From a virus, in IMG/VR virus record IMGVR_UViG_3300020157_000001, positions 1 through 64,000 of that record: 64,000 nucleotides of DNA; one strand, given 5' to 3'. A program made the position numbers and the translations under genes. The number at the start of each line of letters is the position of its first letter. Position 1 is the stretch's first letter. The notes below the pieces were generated by a model, which did not search any database, was not told the origin of the DNA, and saw nothing but the letters and a program-made list of their open reading frames with translations. Positions 61,607-64,000 of this stretch are shown piece by piece.

Positions 61607-63175
61607 TTAGACGTTGATCTCTGCTGCATTGCTGCCACCAGTCCACTGGCTGAGGTTAATCACAATGAACTCTGCGGGATAGACAAGTGCTACGCCGACA
61701 GATACGTTGACTATGCCTTGGTCAATCGAAGTGGCGTTGTTGTTAGTCGAATCGCAGACAACAAAGAATGCGTCAGTTGACTTCGCGCCCTTGAGTCCAC
61801 CTGCACGCCAGAAGTTGAGCAAGAAGTTACTAATACCATTGTTAACTTCGATCCACAAGTTGGCATCATTAGGCTCAAACACCGAAGGCTGAACAATTTC
61901 CTTAATGGATTTACGGATGTAGTTAAGCGACCGGCGAACAGGGATGAACTTATCGGGGTTAACTTTCTCAAGGGTACGGGTACCGTTGATAAATACACCT
62001 GCGCCCGGTACCGCTTTAAATGTGTTGCAAGGAGGGGTGAGGTCATACAGCTCACCAACTTGAGCGTCGGAAAGTTTAATAGTCAAACCAAGAGCACCAA
62101 CAATGGTGGAATCATAACCAGCAGGAGCCTTTGCAACCGACCGAGCAAGTTCGGTGCGAACGTACACACCTGCAACCGCGCCTCCGGGGAAGGTAGTACG
62201 CAATGCACCGGGGCCAGTCTTCAGTGGGTCAACCATCTCAAGCATAGGAGTGTATTGAGCGACGAAGTTTCCTCCCGTGACGCCACTGGCACCTGTAGCG
62301 GTGGTTTTCAAACTACTGTAGCTAGCGTCAGTACCGTTAGGGTCTGCGATAACAAAGCTATCACCTCGGGAGGCTGCCTTAGTAGCAAGGTACTGCACAA
62401 CTGTTGTACCCTTGCCCACTGCATTAAGCAGCAAGTTACCGGGAATGCTGTCAATAAGATCAATACCGCTAGCTCCGTTGTAGGCTGTGTCGCCTACAGA
62501 TCCTCCGCTTGCTCCACCAGAAAGACTGGCTGAGGCGGATGTAAACGTACCAAGTGTTGAGGCGGCAGCAACCGAGCTAGATGTGATTGTAGAAATACTT
62601 GACGCAGTAATAAACTTACTGTATCGGTTTAGCATCTCTGGGAAGAATCGGTTTGCATTTTCATCCATAGAAAGCTCTTTCCAGCTTTCTACCTCTACGT
62701 TATTTAGAGCAACAGACAAGTTAAAGGTTGGCTTTGCTACTGACGAACTTGTCACAAGGCCAGTCGAGGTAGTTAGCTTTAGGCTGTTACCCCATGTACC
62801 GGGACTGTTAGCCGAGAATGTAGCTAGGGATACAGATCCACCTACGCTACTTCCAGTGTAAACCGTAATAGAGGAAGCTCCAGTAGAGGGGCTGGTAGAA
62901 GCAGAAGTGGCAGAGCTATTATAAATACGGATAATGTAAGCCGAGCGACCACCATTAGCGAAGTAGTGGTACACGCTGTAGCACATGTCGTAAGCGTTGT
63001 CAAGATCCCCAAACAGAGTCTTGTAGGACTGCCAATCAGTAATAAGCGTTGGACCTTGGGGGCCGCGGGGCGACTCACCAAGGAACACAGCAGCGGTAGG
63101 ACCACTAGGTGCCTGAATCAGTGATGCGAGCTGCGATTCCGCGATGTAAACGCCGGGAACATTATAGGTTGCCAT
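61607..63175 (-). CDS. Tail sheath protein
   Basis: PGVYIAE, YFANGG, KAPAG, GTRTL, PVRR, FEPND, PAEFIVI. Confidence 0.95.
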   Translation of the reverse strand: MATYNVPGVYIAESQLASLIQAPSGPTAAVFLGESPRGPQGPTLITDWQSYKTLFGDLDNAYDMCYSVYHYFANGGRSAYIIRIYNSSATSASTSPSTGASSITVYTGSSVGGSVSLATFSANSPGTWGNSLKLTTSTGLVTSSSVAKPTFNLSVALNNVEVESWKELSMDENANRFFPEMLNRYSKFITASSISTITSSSVAAASTLGTFTSASASLSGGASGGSVGDTAYNGASGIDLIDSIPGNLLLNAVGKGTTVVQYLATKAASRGDSFVIADPNGTDASYSSLKTTATGASGVTGGNFVAQYTPMLEMVDPLKTGPGALRTTFPGGAVAGVYVRTELARSVAKAPAGYDSTIVGALGLTIKLSDAQVGELYDLTPPCNTFKAVPGAGVFINGTRTLEKVNPDKFIPVRRSLNYIRKSIKEIVQPSVFEPNDANLWIEVNNGISNFLLNFWRAGGLKGAKSTDAFFVVCDSTNNNATSIDQGIVNVSVGVALVYPAEFIVINLSQWTGGSNAAEINV

Positions 63176-63948
63176 TAGAAAGCCTCCGTGAGGTCGTAGT
63201 TGTTATTAGCGGTAGGGGGCGAATGGTTTTCCACGTTCAACGTCGGCTTGAAGGCCCATACACTATTTGTAAGAGAAAGATCAGATGCGGGTATCTCTGC
63301 GTTCATCCGAAGGGTAAATACCTTTCGGAATATACGTTTTGTGTACGCCGCCTCTACGTCAAGAAGATTAGATGAAGACCAGTTTAGTAGATCTAATCGT
63401 CTAATTGTGCCATCTTCGGGTATATCAATAAATCCCCTTCTAAAAGGAGTTATACGACGAAGCATGGTGTTTGTTATCTGCCTATCGTGATCTTGTGATC
63501 TTGCATAGGAAGTAACCTGATACATCAGATCCACAGGTACGAATGAGTCAGTAGACATAAATGACCCAGCGGGAGTCAGTGCGTCCAATTGGTCATGGGT
63601 ATACGTGGACGGATAATATGCTAAGTCATCTCGGTACCAAGCAGCTTGGGCAGCGGTCATGCGAGATGTATCCGACACATTGTAATACGTAGTCTCTGAT
63701 TGCTGACGATCAGTAGCATGGTTTATATTGAGAAGATCTATAGTTAAAAATGGATATGACTTTTCGGTGACATCATGAGGATATCGAAAGAATACATCGC
63801 ATATCCGTTGACTCTTGCGATCATCTGTAACGGGGATATTCGCTATACGACGCTTGATAGCAGCGTCTTCTGCTCGTATGAAGTTGGTGGTAACAGGGGC
63901 AATACTTGCCCGAGTATTCCTCCACGTACGATAGACCAGAAGTGTCAT
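63175..63948 (-). CDS. Tail terminator/neck protein
   Basis: EDAAIK...YPFLTID...YQVTSYAR...TIRRLD; directly upstream of the sheath; start uncertain. Confidence 0.6.
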   Translation of the reverse strand: MTLLVYRTWRNTRASIAPVTTNFIRAEDAAIKRRIANIPVTDDRKSQRICDVFFRYPHDVTEKSYPFLTIDLLNINHATDRQQSETTYYNVSDTSRMTAAQAAWYRDDLAYYPSTYTHDQLDALTPAGSFMSTDSFVPVDLMYQVTSYARSQDHDRQITNTMLRRITPFRRGFIDIPEDGTIRRLDLLNWSSSNLLDVEAAYTKRIFRKVFTLRMNAEIPASDLSLTNSVWAFKPTLNVENHSPPTANNNYDLTEAF

Positions 63949-63998
63949 TAAGGAGTCAACTCCGTACCAATAAGAGAACCGCTGCCGTCAGCAGCCCA
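63948..63998 (-). CDS. 3' end of a gene truncated by the window edge
   Basis: ...WAADGSGSLIGTELTP then TAA overlapping the next ATG. Confidence 0.4.
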   Translation of the reverse strand, partial: WAADGSGSLIGTELTP

Positions 63999-64000
63999 TG

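Noticed and set aside
42060-64000. Bacterial eCIS or tailocin locus
   Set aside because: It is contiguous and co-oriented with a full phage replication module and an early-gene arm, so a phage tail is the simpler reading.
1-64000. tRNA genes, introns/inteins, DGR or retron reverse transcriptase, integrase, transposase
   Set aside because: No cloverleaf/T-loop signature, intein motifs, YxDD RT motif or recombinase motifs were recognised by eye; tRNAscan-SE and HMM scans would be needed to exclude them fully.

Overview
This window is 64 kb of a large contractile-tailed (myovirus-type) dsDNA phage. The host is most likely an actinobacterium, based on two whiB genes, an actinobacterial-type HTH and Zn-finger proteins, and a leaderless SigA-type promoter. 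Two convergent arms meet at about 17.45-17.65 kb. (1) Plus strand, 1-17.65 kb, is an early/host-takeover region of about 45 mostly small, translationally coupled ORFs, many of them Cys-rich. It also holds a tandem-HTH protein, an SNF2-type helicase, a DUF1281/YubB-like protein, a MoxR/CbbQ-type AAA+ ATPase paired with an HEXXH-vWA protein, a secreted lytic transglycosylase and a Thr-rich membrane protein. (2) Minus strand, 64 kb down to 17.66 kb, carries tail genes (terminator, sheath, tube, chaperone with a probable +1 frameshift, tape measure, hub, spike-fibre, gp25, baseplate J, and a 2370-aa gpI/LamG-repeat protein). These are followed by a replication/recombination module (DnaC-like loader, DnaB, primase, SNF2, SSB, Pol A, RecA, two resolvase-like nucleases, Cas4-like exonuclease, SNase, SpoVS), disordered basic proteins, and a nucleotide-modification-like cluster with two whiB genes and a glycosyltransferase. 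No capsid, portal, large terminase, integrase or tRNA genes were recognised. The most striking unexplained signal is in the early arm. A 17-bp palindrome (consensus RTMAAGTA-W-YACTTKAY) occurs 13 times in front of early genes. At 192-1133 it is embedded in a roughly 110-bp repeated element made of two overlapping, competing long hairpins plus a Shine-Dalgarno-occluding hairpin, and each copy heads one small ORF like a cassette. All family assignments are from motif recognition by eye; no database searches were run.
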